Shown here: piece by piece, positions 1 through 9,600 of the stretch
Layout: each line of letters starts with the position of its first letter
How positions within the stretch are numbered: the first letter of the stretch is position 1
IMG/VR virus record: IMGVR_UViG_3300010151_000008
Coordinates: 28,747-92,746 of that record
Reading direction: 5' to 3' (one strand)
DNA: 64,000 bases
From: a virus
Notes under the pieces: model-generated
The model's database searches: none
What the model was told of the DNA's origin: nothing
What the model saw: only the letters and a program-made list of their open reading frames with translations
Translations under genes and position numbers: made by a program

Positions 1-1
1 A

Positions 2-64
2 TTTATTGAAGAATCTCGTAAAGAACTTAAGCAGCAAAAGGAAAGTATGAGCAAAGAACGATGA
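2..64 (+). CDS. 3' end of a hypothetical protein (truncated by window edge)
   Basis: Open frame FIEESRKELKQQKESMSKER* whose stop overlaps the next ATG (ATGA at 61-64). Confidence 0.55.
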   Translation, partial: FIEESRKELKQQKESMSKER

Positions 65-390
65 CAATTTGGATAATAATATTTGTTTTATCGGTTTTGT
101 TAAATATCACCTTGGCGTGGTACGTCTATAAGGTGTTAGCAAAGCTGCTTTACACAGCCGATAATCTTGGCGACCTGTATGTTGCATTTCGTATGTATGA
201 AAGATTTTGTGATTCTCTATATGAAATGGATATGTTCTATGGAGAACCGGTCATTAAAGAGTTAATTGACAAAACAAAGCTTGTGCGCGAGGAGTTGCAA
301 AGGTTTGAGGATATATACGGCTTGACCACCGATGCGGAATTACTTGAGGAGGAAATGGCCGATGACGAAGCCCAAGAAGAAGCGCGCTAA
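61..390 (+). CDS. Hypothetical membrane-anchored protein
   Basis: 109 aa; N-terminal hydrophobic helix (IWIIIFVLSVLLNITLAWYVY), acidic tail. Confidence 0.75.
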   Translation: MTIWIIIFVLSVLLNITLAWYVYKVLAKLLYTADNLGDLYVAFRMYERFCDSLYEMDMFYGEPVIKELIDKTKLVREELQRFEDIYGLTTDAELLEEEMADDEAQEEAR

Positions 391-1063
391 GAGGCGTAAG
401 AATTATTATTTTACACAAGTGCACGAAGATGCCATTGTTGAATATGCCAATACCACAGACCGCGATCGGAGAACTGAGCTATATATTGAATTAATCCAGC
501 CGGCCCTCGATGAAATGGTTAATAAAATCATTTTTACTTATCGATTTACGTCGCTTCCTAATATTGATTATTTACGTCAAGACTGTAAAATATGGTTGAC
601 CACGATTCTTGATAAATTCGACCCTTCCAAAGGGTCAAAAGCCTTTTCTTATTTTAGTGTTGTAACTAAAAATTGGTTTATTCATAAAGTTAAACAAAAC
701 GCTCGCCGCGCGCGCAAAGAAGTTTTCCTAGAGGACATGATAAACGAGCTTGAGGAAGAAGTTGTATCCCAGGAAAAACAATATGATCAGCTGAGAATAG
801 AACGAGAATTTTGGAACAACTTTTACGAAGAACTTTCGAAGTGGGATGCCGACATGCTGAAAGAAAATGAAAAAAAGGTTCTGCAGGCAGTTAAAATCCT
901 TTTTGAATCCTCTGGGGATATTGAAATTTTCAACAAAAAGGCTATTTATTTATACTTGAGAGAGATTACGGGGCTTAATACCAAACAGGTCGTCAATAAC
1001 CTAAATAAACTTCGTAAAAAATATAGGACTTTTAGAGGCAAATGGGAAAGCGGCGAAATTTAG
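362..1063 (+). CDS. T4 gp55-like late-transcription sigma factor
   Basis: N-terminal NYYF and LDKFDPSKGSKAFSYFSVV resemble the gp55 FDPxKxxNxFxYF region; ATG 362 has GAGGAGG at 346-352 (ORF track starts at 332). Confidence 0.7.
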   Translation: MTKPKKKRAKRRKNYYFTQVHEDAIVEYANTTDRDRRTELYIELIQPALDEMVNKIIFTYRFTSLPNIDYLRQDCKIWLTTILDKFDPSKGSKAFSYFSVVTKNWFIHKVKQNARRARKEVFLEDMINELEEEVVSQEKQYDQLRIEREFWNNFYEELSKWDADMLKENEKKVLQAVKILFESSGDIEIFNKKAIYLYLREITGLNTKQVVNNLNKLRKKYRTFRGKWESGEI

Positions 1064-1338
1064 AAGATTACATCAACGAAGCCACGCGCAACATTAGAGA
1101 AGATCGCGCGCTGGCTAAAACGCTTCTTATGGACGCCATGTCTGACATGAAAAGCGGCGACGCTGCACGTCGAGAACTTGGCTCCATTGCCGCTAAATAT
1201 GTCGAAAATCTTCAGCGTTCTAACGAACAAATGGTTAAACTCTCTGCACTCCTTCAGAAGCAGCAATCTGGCGCTGTCGGTCTATCGGAAGAAGACAAAG
1301 AGGACCTATATGATATGCTCAACGAGAACGAGGAATAG
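1042..1338 (+). CDS. Hypothetical helical protein
   Basis: 98 aa ORF overlapping the end of the sigma gene; helical composition, acidic tail. Confidence 0.7.
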   Translation: MGKRRNLEDYINEATRNIREDRALAKTLLMDAMSDMKSGDAARRELGSIAAKYVENLQRSNEQMVKLSALLQKQQSGAVGLSEEDKEDLYDMLNENEE

Positions 1339-1341
1339 CGT

Positions 1342-2556
1342 GTGGCCAAGAAGAAAAAAAGTCGTATCAATCAGATGCGTTATGGGGAGATGAATTTTTT
1401 AGGGTCTGCCTATGGTAAATCAACTTTTGACCCAAGCCGCGTAGATATTATAAGTGTTTTACAGGGAAGCAACACCGATTATTATACTGCCAATGTAATC
1501 GCCGGGAAGCGACGTTGGAATGCTATCGTACTGAGATCCACTCAACAAACGCATGCTACAGTTTCTTCAGAATTCCAGAGATCCTATACCGTTTTTGAGC
1601 GGGGAAATGAAGATGGCGAATTTGTACATTTTACATATAAGATTTATATAGCTGAGCTAGACGGTTTTAAGAAAATCCCTGAAAAGTTCTCGTCTAATTC
1701 AGAGGACGCCGGCCTGGTAAACTTATGCCGAGACGCGCTAGCGCCCCTAGGTCAATCATATGGCAAGATAGATTATGGTACGCCCGTCGAGGTGGTCTTT
1801 GCCGACCAAGAAAAGTTAAGACACCCAACAATTGTAGATGTCCACTGGAATCGAAGGATTTCATTGCAGAGCGGAGTGCAGCCCCTGTGGACCACGTCAG
1901 GCCCCCGAGTGACGGTAGCATCCCCCCACGAGGGCGCCCTACCAGAGGATACCGGACCCCCCATTCCCGGTCGCGCAGGTCAGGTTCGGAACGGAAAGGC
2001 CTTCTACGACGACCTCGGCCGTGCTGGAATAGAGTGTGAGGCGTTGCGCCATGGAATTTTGGTTAACGTTAAAAATGAGTCAAGATTTGATCCTAGCGTC
2101 CCGGGTGACTCCATTCAGCGCTTGGGCGCCCCAGGAAAGCCGGGAGGTATAAAAACAGATTACCCGGGCAACCCCGACGCACCATGGCCAAAACTACCCA
2201 CAAAACTTTATGCTTCCTACGGCCTGTTTCAAATGAACATCGGCCGATCCGACGCCCTGGGCTGGCAGATGTTAGAATATTACAATTTGACCGATGCTGA
2301 CAACGACGCCAAATTGGATATTTTGACCGGCGAAAAGGGATATGATAAGCAAATAGAATTTATGGTTCATAAGCTAGAGACAAATTATCCTTCGGTCCTC
2401 GATTGTTCTAGGTATAAAACTTCACAGCAATATCACGATTTCTGGCTTGAGCAGATCGAAAATCCCTCTAAGACTGAGGCCATCGGTCACCGCAACAGAC
2501 GTAAAGGACTCTTTAAAAGAACCCTTAGAGGACTCGGTTTTGAACCGATCGAATAA
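1342..2556 (+). CDS. gp5-like OB-fold protein with C-terminal phage tail lysozyme-like domain (paralogue 1)
   Basis: Shared N-domain ending GTPVEVVFADQEKLRHPTIVDV; C-domain GILVNVKNESRFDP...YGLFQ...QIEFM...ENP. Confidence 0.65.
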   Translation: MAKKKKSRINQMRYGEMNFLGSAYGKSTFDPSRVDIISVLQGSNTDYYTANVIAGKRRWNAIVLRSTQQTHATVSSEFQRSYTVFERGNEDGEFVHFTYKIYIAELDGFKKIPEKFSSNSEDAGLVNLCRDALAPLGQSYGKIDYGTPVEVVFADQEKLRHPTIVDVHWNRRISLQSGVQPLWTTSGPRVTVASPHEGALPEDTGPPIPGRAGQVRNGKAFYDDLGRAGIECEALRHGILVNVKNESRFDPSVPGDSIQRLGAPGKPGGIKTDYPGNPDAPWPKLPTKLYASYGLFQMNIGRSDALGWQMLEYYNLTDADNDAKLDILTGEKGYDKQIEFMVHKLETNYPSVLDCSRYKTSQQYHDFWLEQIENPSKTEAIGHRNRRKGLFKRTLRGLGFEPIE

Positions 2557-2558
2557 CA

Positions 2559-3755
2559 ATGTCTACTAAAAAAACAGCTCTGAAAGATATCCGCCATGGC
2601 GAAATGAATGCTTTAGAAGCACCTTCAACGCAGCCTAGATTTGATCCCTCCCGTGCGCAGGTTGTTGACGTAATGAGAAACAACATATCAAACCATTATA
2701 CGGCCAACACCATCAAGGGCAAAAGACGATGGAACGCGATTGTTCTTAAGAGCACACAGCAAAAGTATGCGCACGTTGCGTCTGAATTTCAAAGAACCTA
2801 TACGTCCTACGAGAGGGGCAATAGTGATGGTGAATTTACACACTTTACATATAAAATATTTATAGCAGAGCTTGATAGCTTTAAGAAGCTCCCTGAAGAC
2901 TTTAGGAATAGCGGGCCCAGCGCTGGCTTACTTAATTTATGCCGAGATGCCATATCTCCTTTGGGGAAGAGTTGGGGCAAGATAGATTATGGTACCCCGG
3001 TCGAAGTTGTATTTGAAGACCAGGAGAGACTCCGTACTCCAATTATTACAGACGTACATTCTAATCGACGCATTGCTCTTAAGGGTGAAAAAAGCGCACA
3101 AGGACTTTTCCTTACGTCTCCGCGGATCGCGCGCGAATCAGCCGGAGGATCTGCAACTGTTGGTAGCCGTACGGTAACAGACTGCAACGAAACTGATTTT
3201 GGAGCTTTAAAGAATGTTGATACGTGGCCAAAAAGATGGCGCTCAAAGTGGCGTGCAATGGAAAAGGCTTCCCGAGCCACCCGAATGGATACGGCCTATA
3301 ATTATTTTATAAACAAGGATTATAGTGCCGCGGCTAGCGCAGGTATAGTGGGTGGTTTGATACAAGAGTCATCAGTTAGCCCGGACGCTTGCAATAAGAC
3401 CGATAAAGATTATTGCGTGGCATACGGTATTGCGCAGTGGACCTCTGAGCGCCAAAAGAGATTGAAAGAAAAATATCCTAATACCTACAATACACTAAAT
3501 TCTCAACTAGACTGGTTATACTACGAGCTATCCCAAGGGAGGGAACAAAAAGCCGGCAGGCTGTTGTCTGCTGCCACCACGTTAGGAGAGGCTGTATATG
3601 GGGCTGCCAATTTTGAGAGATTTAGTGGCTATAAGAGCGGTCAACAAGGAATTTATACGAACTGTCCTGATTTTGGAAGAGGGCACGAATGGGGCGGCCG
3701 CGCCTATTATTCGGTTGGGGTTTACGAACGACACAATAGTTCCGCGGGAGTTTAA
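2559..3755 (+). CDS. gp5-like OB-fold protein with C-terminal phage tail lysozyme (Phage_lysozyme2-like) domain (paralogue 2)
   Basis: Same N-domain; AGIVGGLIQESSVSPDA...AYGIAQWTSERQKRL...QLDWLYYEL...FER. Confidence 0.75.
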   Translation: MSTKKTALKDIRHGEMNALEAPSTQPRFDPSRAQVVDVMRNNISNHYTANTIKGKRRWNAIVLKSTQQKYAHVASEFQRTYTSYERGNSDGEFTHFTYKIFIAELDSFKKLPEDFRNSGPSAGLLNLCRDAISPLGKSWGKIDYGTPVEVVFEDQERLRTPIITDVHSNRRIALKGEKSAQGLFLTSPRIARESAGGSATVGSRTVTDCNETDFGALKNVDTWPKRWRSKWRAMEKASRATRMDTAYNYFINKDYSAAASAGIVGGLIQESSVSPDACNKTDKDYCVAYGIAQWTSERQKRLKEKYPNTYNTLNSQLDWLYYELSQGREQKAGRLLSAATTLGEAVYGAANFERFSGYKSGQQGIYTNCPDFGRGHEWGGRAYYSVGVYERHNSSAGV

Positions 3756-3815
3756 ATAGGTAATGTCCATCAAAAAGACAGTGGCCACGATGGTGTGGCG
3801 GAGGTACACAAGCTA

Positions 3816-5231
3816 ATGGTTATCAAGCTAGATAAGATTACTCAGATGCGTTATGGCCAGATGAATGAGCTGGTTGACCCCATCGCTCAACGACGATTTG
3901 ATCCGAGCCGAGTGGAGATGGTTAGTGCACTCCGCTCTAACAATATTGATCGCTACGTGGCAGATGTTATAGAGGGAAAGGAACGCTGGAACGCGATTGT
4001 TTTGTCGAGCACGCCACAGAATTATGCACACGTGGCGTCTGAGTTTCAACGAACATATTCTGCTTTTGAAAGACAAGACGGGGAATTTACACACCACACT
4101 TATAAAATTTTTATAGCTGAGCTAGATTCCTTTAAAAAGTTGCCCGACAAGTTTTCTCGTAGCGACAATCCGGATGCAGGACTGCTTAACTTATGTCGGA
4201 CTGCTATCGCGCCTCTTGGCCAAGGGTGGGGCAAGATAGACCACGGAACCCCGGTGGAGGTGGTTTTTGAAGATCAGGAAAGACTAAGAAGTCCAATAAT
4301 TGTAGACGTACACTGGAACAGGAGAATGCCTTTAGAGGCGGGTAAGACGGCGACGTGGTCTGCAGCCGCCCCCCGTGTAACGGTGCCCACTAACGATAAT
4401 TTAAAACAAGCGCCCCCACCGGTGATCGAAGGCTGCGACAACTATTTTATACCATCAAGAGCTGGAGCGAACAAGTCGAGGGTCTTGGCCCTCGGGGCCT
4501 CTTTTGCGTCGGGCAAGCAAACTTGGGCTGGCCATGAGAGATTAAATCGCAAACCTAGTGGAAATTTAGATCTGGACAGGGTGGCAAAGGGGAGTATGCT
4601 ATTGGCCGGAGGGAAGAAATCAATACTTGCTCATCTGCAGGCAAACGTCAATTCGGGATGTATAAAGGCAGAAGACTATGACTCAGTAATAATATTTGGT
4701 GGCGCTAACGGAATGACGGACAGAAAAGAAAATCAATGGGAGATGGGTCTTAAAAAACTTTTAACATACGTACGAGATGAGATGGGGATTCAATACAGAT
4801 ATGTTGTAACCCTCCATGGCTGGTATGGCTGGAGAGACACGAGGAGAAAACTGGCCGATAAGGACAGCGGACTCCCTGATGACCCGAGCACACCAGATGT
4901 TGATGAATCAAAGGAGGAAGTTTGGGCGAGCGGCTGGAAAGAACCTAAAAGAAAAAAAGTAGCGGAGTGGACACTGAAGTATAACAACGACATCATCGCA
5001 GCCGAGGGTGACCTCATTACTGGCGTCTTAAGGTGGAGCAAGGACGCGACCGCCACTAACGAGACTGGAAGCGAAGACATAGGCGAGATTATTCCAATAG
5101 GAGAACCAGGAGGACCTCGCGACTGGTTCCGAAAACCATGGGCCAGCAGCGATGGCTTACATCCCAGTGAGGCAGGCCACAAGGAAATTGCGCGCCGTCT
5201 TCGCGCGATGGGGATCCCAGGTCTAAAGTGA
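3816..5231 (+). CDS. gp5-like OB-fold protein with C-terminal SGNH/GDSL hydrolase domain (paralogue 3)
   Basis: Same N-domain; LGASFA (block I), IFGGANG (block III), DGLHPS (block V); ATG 3816 with GGAGG at 3800-3804 (track start 3795). Confidence 0.7.
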   Translation: MVIKLDKITQMRYGQMNELVDPIAQRRFDPSRVEMVSALRSNNIDRYVADVIEGKERWNAIVLSSTPQNYAHVASEFQRTYSAFERQDGEFTHHTYKIFIAELDSFKKLPDKFSRSDNPDAGLLNLCRTAIAPLGQGWGKIDHGTPVEVVFEDQERLRSPIIVDVHWNRRMPLEAGKTATWSAAAPRVTVPTNDNLKQAPPPVIEGCDNYFIPSRAGANKSRVLALGASFASGKQTWAGHERLNRKPSGNLDLDRVAKGSMLLAGGKKSILAHLQANVNSGCIKAEDYDSVIIFGGANGMTDRKENQWEMGLKKLLTYVRDEMGIQYRYVVTLHGWYGWRDTRRKLADKDSGLPDDPSTPDVDESKEEVWASGWKEPKRKKVAEWTLKYNNDIIAAEGDLITGVLRWSKDATATNETGSEDIGEIIPIGEPGGPRDWFRKPWASSDGLHPSEAGHKEIARRLRAMGIPGLK

Positions 5232-5334
5232 TAGAAGAAGAGCAGATGATGACCTCGCGTTAAAAGTTCAACAAGAAGATAATTATATATGATGCCAACG
5301 TTAAAAGAATATTATAGACAGAAAGAGGATAGAA

Positions 5335-6651
5335 ATGGCCGACGACCCCACTAGAACATCAGCCGAGATAGCACAATCTCTAGCTTATTATGACCCTACT
5401 TCGGGCCCCCCGATTATTCCCCCCGATCCATCTTCTCCCGATGGTGAGATTCTTTATGGCGAACTGGGAGATGAGCGTAGAGAAAGTTATAATAACTACG
5501 CCATGGATCTCGATCAATATGATCGGCAGCTGGAACAGTACGAGGAATATTTAACCTCTCAGCAAGATCCTGGTTCTGCTAATCCTGCGATGTCACCCGG
5601 GGCGATTACCGCCGCAGCCGGTGCGCTTGGTCTGCCCGACCCTCCAGGCCTCCCCAGTTCGGGCCCCCCCGCCCCCGGCGCGTCGTCCTTGGGGCCCGTG
5701 CAACAAAAACCAGCTGTAGATTTGGGAGACCCCCTTGAGGCCGAGTCATTTGAGAAGATGTCTTTGCCGGATCAGATTGCTTTTTCGGGTATTGGAGGTT
5801 CCAAGCGCCGCGGCGTAGACGTCCCCAAATTTATTAAGACGCCTGCAGAAAAAGTTTTAGACAATGGAAATGCTTTTATTGTTTTGGGGGTCGACCGAAG
5901 TGGTAATCCGTTTGAGGGCTATGGTGGACTGGGAAACACTCATTGTGCGGCGATTGATATTGTTGCCGGCCGCATGGGCGCCCGCGCTAGAAGCAGAGAT
6001 GATAGCAAACCTTTTCCGAAGCCGGTGTGGACCAACGTTGGTTTTATTGCCGACGCTGCGCGCGTATATATTTCTCAAAAGTCAAATGTGGATGCATATT
6101 TTGGCCTGGCAGCCGGCACAGTAGGGAATACATCATATGAATCGCCTCGGTCCACTGTCGCTCTCAAAGCCGACACTATTCGAATCATTGGCCGAGAAGG
6201 GATCAAGCTGGTGACCAATACGGATACTCAAAATTCTCAAGGCGGTGTTGTACATGGCTCTCCCGGTATTGACTTGATAGCAAATAACAATGATGAGGAC
6301 ATGCAGCCGCTTGTGAAGGGTAACAATTTGATAGAGGCACTTAAAGAAATATTAAAACTAATTGACGATCTTCGCGACCTATTTAATAACTTTGTTAGCT
6401 ATCAAAAAGATCTGAATCGAACGTTAATGACGCATAGCCACTATTCTCCATTTTACGGAGCGGCTACGAGCCCGGATCCACAAGTGATTCGACAGGCTAC
6501 CCAATTTTTGATCGATACTGTTAGAAACGTAGAACTGGGCGCCCAGAACCACATGATGAATTCAGTTGGAATTTCAATGAATTATTTAGAACTTCCTCTG
6601 CCAGGAAAAGACAGCACTTACATAAATAGTACCAACAACCACACGAATTAA
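5335..6651 (+). CDS. Baseplate central spike protein (gp5 C-terminal/gpV-like)
   Basis: Pro/Ser-rich N-terminus, short beta-strand repeats (IVLGVDR, IDIVAGR, LKADTIRIIGREGIKLV), QPLVKGNNL, HxH motif THSH near the C-terminus; lies upstream of gp25/gp6. Confidence 0.6.
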   Translation: MADDPTRTSAEIAQSLAYYDPTSGPPIIPPDPSSPDGEILYGELGDERRESYNNYAMDLDQYDRQLEQYEEYLTSQQDPGSANPAMSPGAITAAAGALGLPDPPGLPSSGPPAPGASSLGPVQQKPAVDLGDPLEAESFEKMSLPDQIAFSGIGGSKRRGVDVPKFIKTPAEKVLDNGNAFIVLGVDRSGNPFEGYGGLGNTHCAAIDIVAGRMGARARSRDDSKPFPKPVWTNVGFIADAARVYISQKSNVDAYFGLAAGTVGNTSYESPRSTVALKADTIRIIGREGIKLVTNTDTQNSQGGVVHGSPGIDLIANNNDEDMQPLVKGNNLIEALKEILKLIDDLRDLFNNFVSYQKDLNRTLMTHSHYSPFYGAATSPDPQVIRQATQFLIDTVRNVELGAQNHMMNSVGISMNYLELPLPGKDSTYINSTNNHTN

Positions 6652-6655
6652 TATT

Positions 6656-9600
6656 ATGGCACGCACACCCAAGATAATAAGCAAATGGACGAGCAAAGAA
6701 ACTGGTGTTGCTTATACGCAGTTTAATAAATCAAAAGTAGCAGTACAGACACAGTATACCACAGCAGATGAAATTGAACAAAACACTGAGGCGATTCTTG
6801 AACTGGGCGCCCTTGCTCTTATGCGCTATTATTTCCCCGGCTCTTGGTATCAGGTAGCTGCAGGGGTCCAGGGTGACACATATGGAAGTCTACTTTTTAG
6901 TAATTTATTAGACAAGCTTACGGTCTCGGCTACCGATTTTAATAGCCGGCCTAAGATGGGGCTTCGTGTTTTGGTGGCGTGCTCTATTGATTTGACAGAT
7001 GAGGAAGAGACTGCCGAGATAATTCCTCCCGAGAGTGGCCCGCCAGCTGATTTAGAGTTAGCATTGGATTATTATCTTTCTACTGGGTCGACTGATATCA
7101 AAAAAGTTTCGAGTACCGGCCGATCTATGACATTTTCAGCGGACACCCTCAACGAAAACCTGAAATTGATTGGCGCCGCTTTTACTAAATATCATAAACA
7201 ACATCGTTTTTTTAATGGGCAGATTAAGCCTTCAATAAATTTTTTAAAGGAATTTGATCTTATATCAAGTTCAATTCATGCCATTCTGCGTCTGGCTGCC
7301 CAGAACTATATTGACACAGGTATTCACTCAGGTACAACATTTAAAGTTGATTTTAATGGTGATTATTCTATTGTAAATATAAAAGCCATAACTCCTGAAG
7401 GGCGCTACCTATCTCTTCCTGTGGGGTTGCTGCCGTCTTTGGGCGCCGCAGCGTTGTCTTCAAGACAAACTAATGTTTATCTGGCGTCTTTTAAAGATAT
7501 ATTAATCAAGTTAAGAACTCGGGGCCCGACTCAAGATTCTTATGCCAACTTTATTAATTTTATAAAACAAGTATCCTCCCTCGGCCCGACTAAATACAAA
7601 ATTAATTATTCGGGGCCGTCCCGAACCGCCGATGCCGGCGCTACCGCGGCTGCTACCGCCACCCAAGGAACGGCAGCCGCAACCGGCACTGCTACTGGGG
7701 TGGATCCAGATGGCCCCCCAAACGCAGAACTTGGTCTGACTCCGGAGGAGAAAGAGAAACAAGAAAAGGTTATAACTCCCAAAGAGGCGGCAGAAATTCT
7801 CGAACAACAGATGAAAAAGGTCGACAAGGCCGCCCAAGAGGTCTCTAAAGAAGTTGGCAAGAAGTTGCGCGAGTTACAGGGTACCGAAGGTTTTCAAATA
7901 TTCACGATGATCATCAATCGGATAGGGATTGATTCTCTTGTAAAGGAGGGGCTCCTTTGTATGCTCTTCGGAGTTGATTTTAGTATACCCGATCTTTATT
8001 CTGACATAAGAGATATGCTTTCCGCTGGCGATGGACTTTTTAGTAAGCCAAAGACAGGCGCCCTTGTGGGCTTTGATATTCCTAAAGTGGACATGAAGTG
8101 GGAAATTTTTAAGATTACGGGAAACATTCAGCCGATGATCAAGAAGGCTCTTTTGGATGCCGTCTTCGGCGCAGTACGAGGGATCCTTGAAGCCGTTACA
8201 GAATTAATTCGCGAACAATGTGAAGCTCGCGATACCGGCAATTTTGGCGACATAGACCTTGCTAGCCTATTACAAGATAAGCCGGCCGGCGGTACTGGAC
8301 TACTTGGTGATGGTTCTGGGCCTAATGGTTGTTTTTCTGAATTCGGCTTACCTCCAACGTCAGGGAACAATTTTCTTTCCCAGGTATCTCAAATCTTGAC
8401 CCCGATCGAGGCATGCCAGCTTTTGACGGGGTCAGCCTCGGCCGCTGTTATGTCCGCGGTCCAAAATTTCATTCAAAATTATTCTAGCGCTACAATACAA
8501 AACGCTCTTGGGTCGCCCTCTGAAATAGCCGCCTTCTTTTTATGTATAGGGGACCAACTCGATGTAAACGATCTTTGTCGGGAAGCTGCCGAGCGCGATA
8601 TAATCCCCAACGCAGAGGAAATTTGTATTACAGGTGGGGACATTTTAGATGCTGTGGGTCAACATAATGTTAACACTCTTCTCGATATGCTTAAGGATGG
8701 CATCGCGGTGGAAATGCCAGAGATCAACTTACAGTGCCCCGACTCCGAGAACTATATTCCCAACCCCTTTGTTGATCGATCGATCCCACAGTTAATGAGC
8801 GCTCTAATAGAGTCAATAGCCGCCAGCTTTTATTTCGCGGCCGACGGCACGAAGGCGGTTCTTTTGAGATCGCAGTTGGGACAGAATGCTACAGCAAATG
8901 CTTTGTTAGAGGCTTGCTTAAGCGAGTCAGGTTCAATGCCGGCCTCCGAGGCTCGCGGCGGAGCTGGCGCCACTCCCGGTGATATTATTGCTATGATCAG
9001 TGAGGGCATCCAGGAAGTAGTGTCAACAGACCTTAACGCTGCGTCCGATGCATGCGGTATCACCTTGGGAGAAATATTCCGAGGAACAGACGATCTAGCC
9101 GAGGTATTGGCAACATTTCAAGATGTCATAGAAAACTTTGATTTCTCGGCTTTGGGAGACATGTCCGCACAGTTGGGCTCGAACGCAAGCGATTTGGCCG
9201 CGGCGCAGTTGAGACTCGACTTTCCAGAGGGTTATAAAGAGGATTTCTTAGAATTTATTCCTACGGCTATCAAGACTGAACTCTATAATGGCAACTATTT
9301 GTACAATTTCAACACAGCCTATCAATCTCCAGCTTTTCATGTAGAAGCGGAGGGACCGCCATTCACGTATACGCTCGACGATGGAGACGACGACGGCGAC
9401 GGCACCCCTAACTACGACGACCGCGACGAAGGCGGCACCGGCGAACCGCACGAGAACTACGATATGCACGCTCTGCAGAATGCTGCCGACGCCGCGCAGC
9501 ACGCCGCCATGGCCCGGACTCGATACACGACCACCTTCGCACTCCCAGCTGAGGGATATCAGGCCAATGCAAATGCAGCTCAGATGCAAGAAGAGTTAGA

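Larger units (their letters stand above)
1342..4385 (+). repeat. Three diverged direct repeats (~570 nt) encoding the shared N-terminal domain
   Basis: Copies at ~1342-1915, ~2559-3130, ~3816-4385; exact 20-mer GGCAAGATAGATTATGGTAC at 1762-1781 and 2976-2995. Confidence 0.9.

Noticed and set aside
266-295. TTGACA upstream of the sigma factor gene as a promoter
   Set aside because: No acceptable -10 hexamer at 16-18 nt spacing
1342-5231. Diversity-generating retroelement (template/variable repeat) explanation for the repeats
   Set aside because: Repeats are N-terminal and all coding, differences are not confined to adenines, and no reverse transcriptase is in the window
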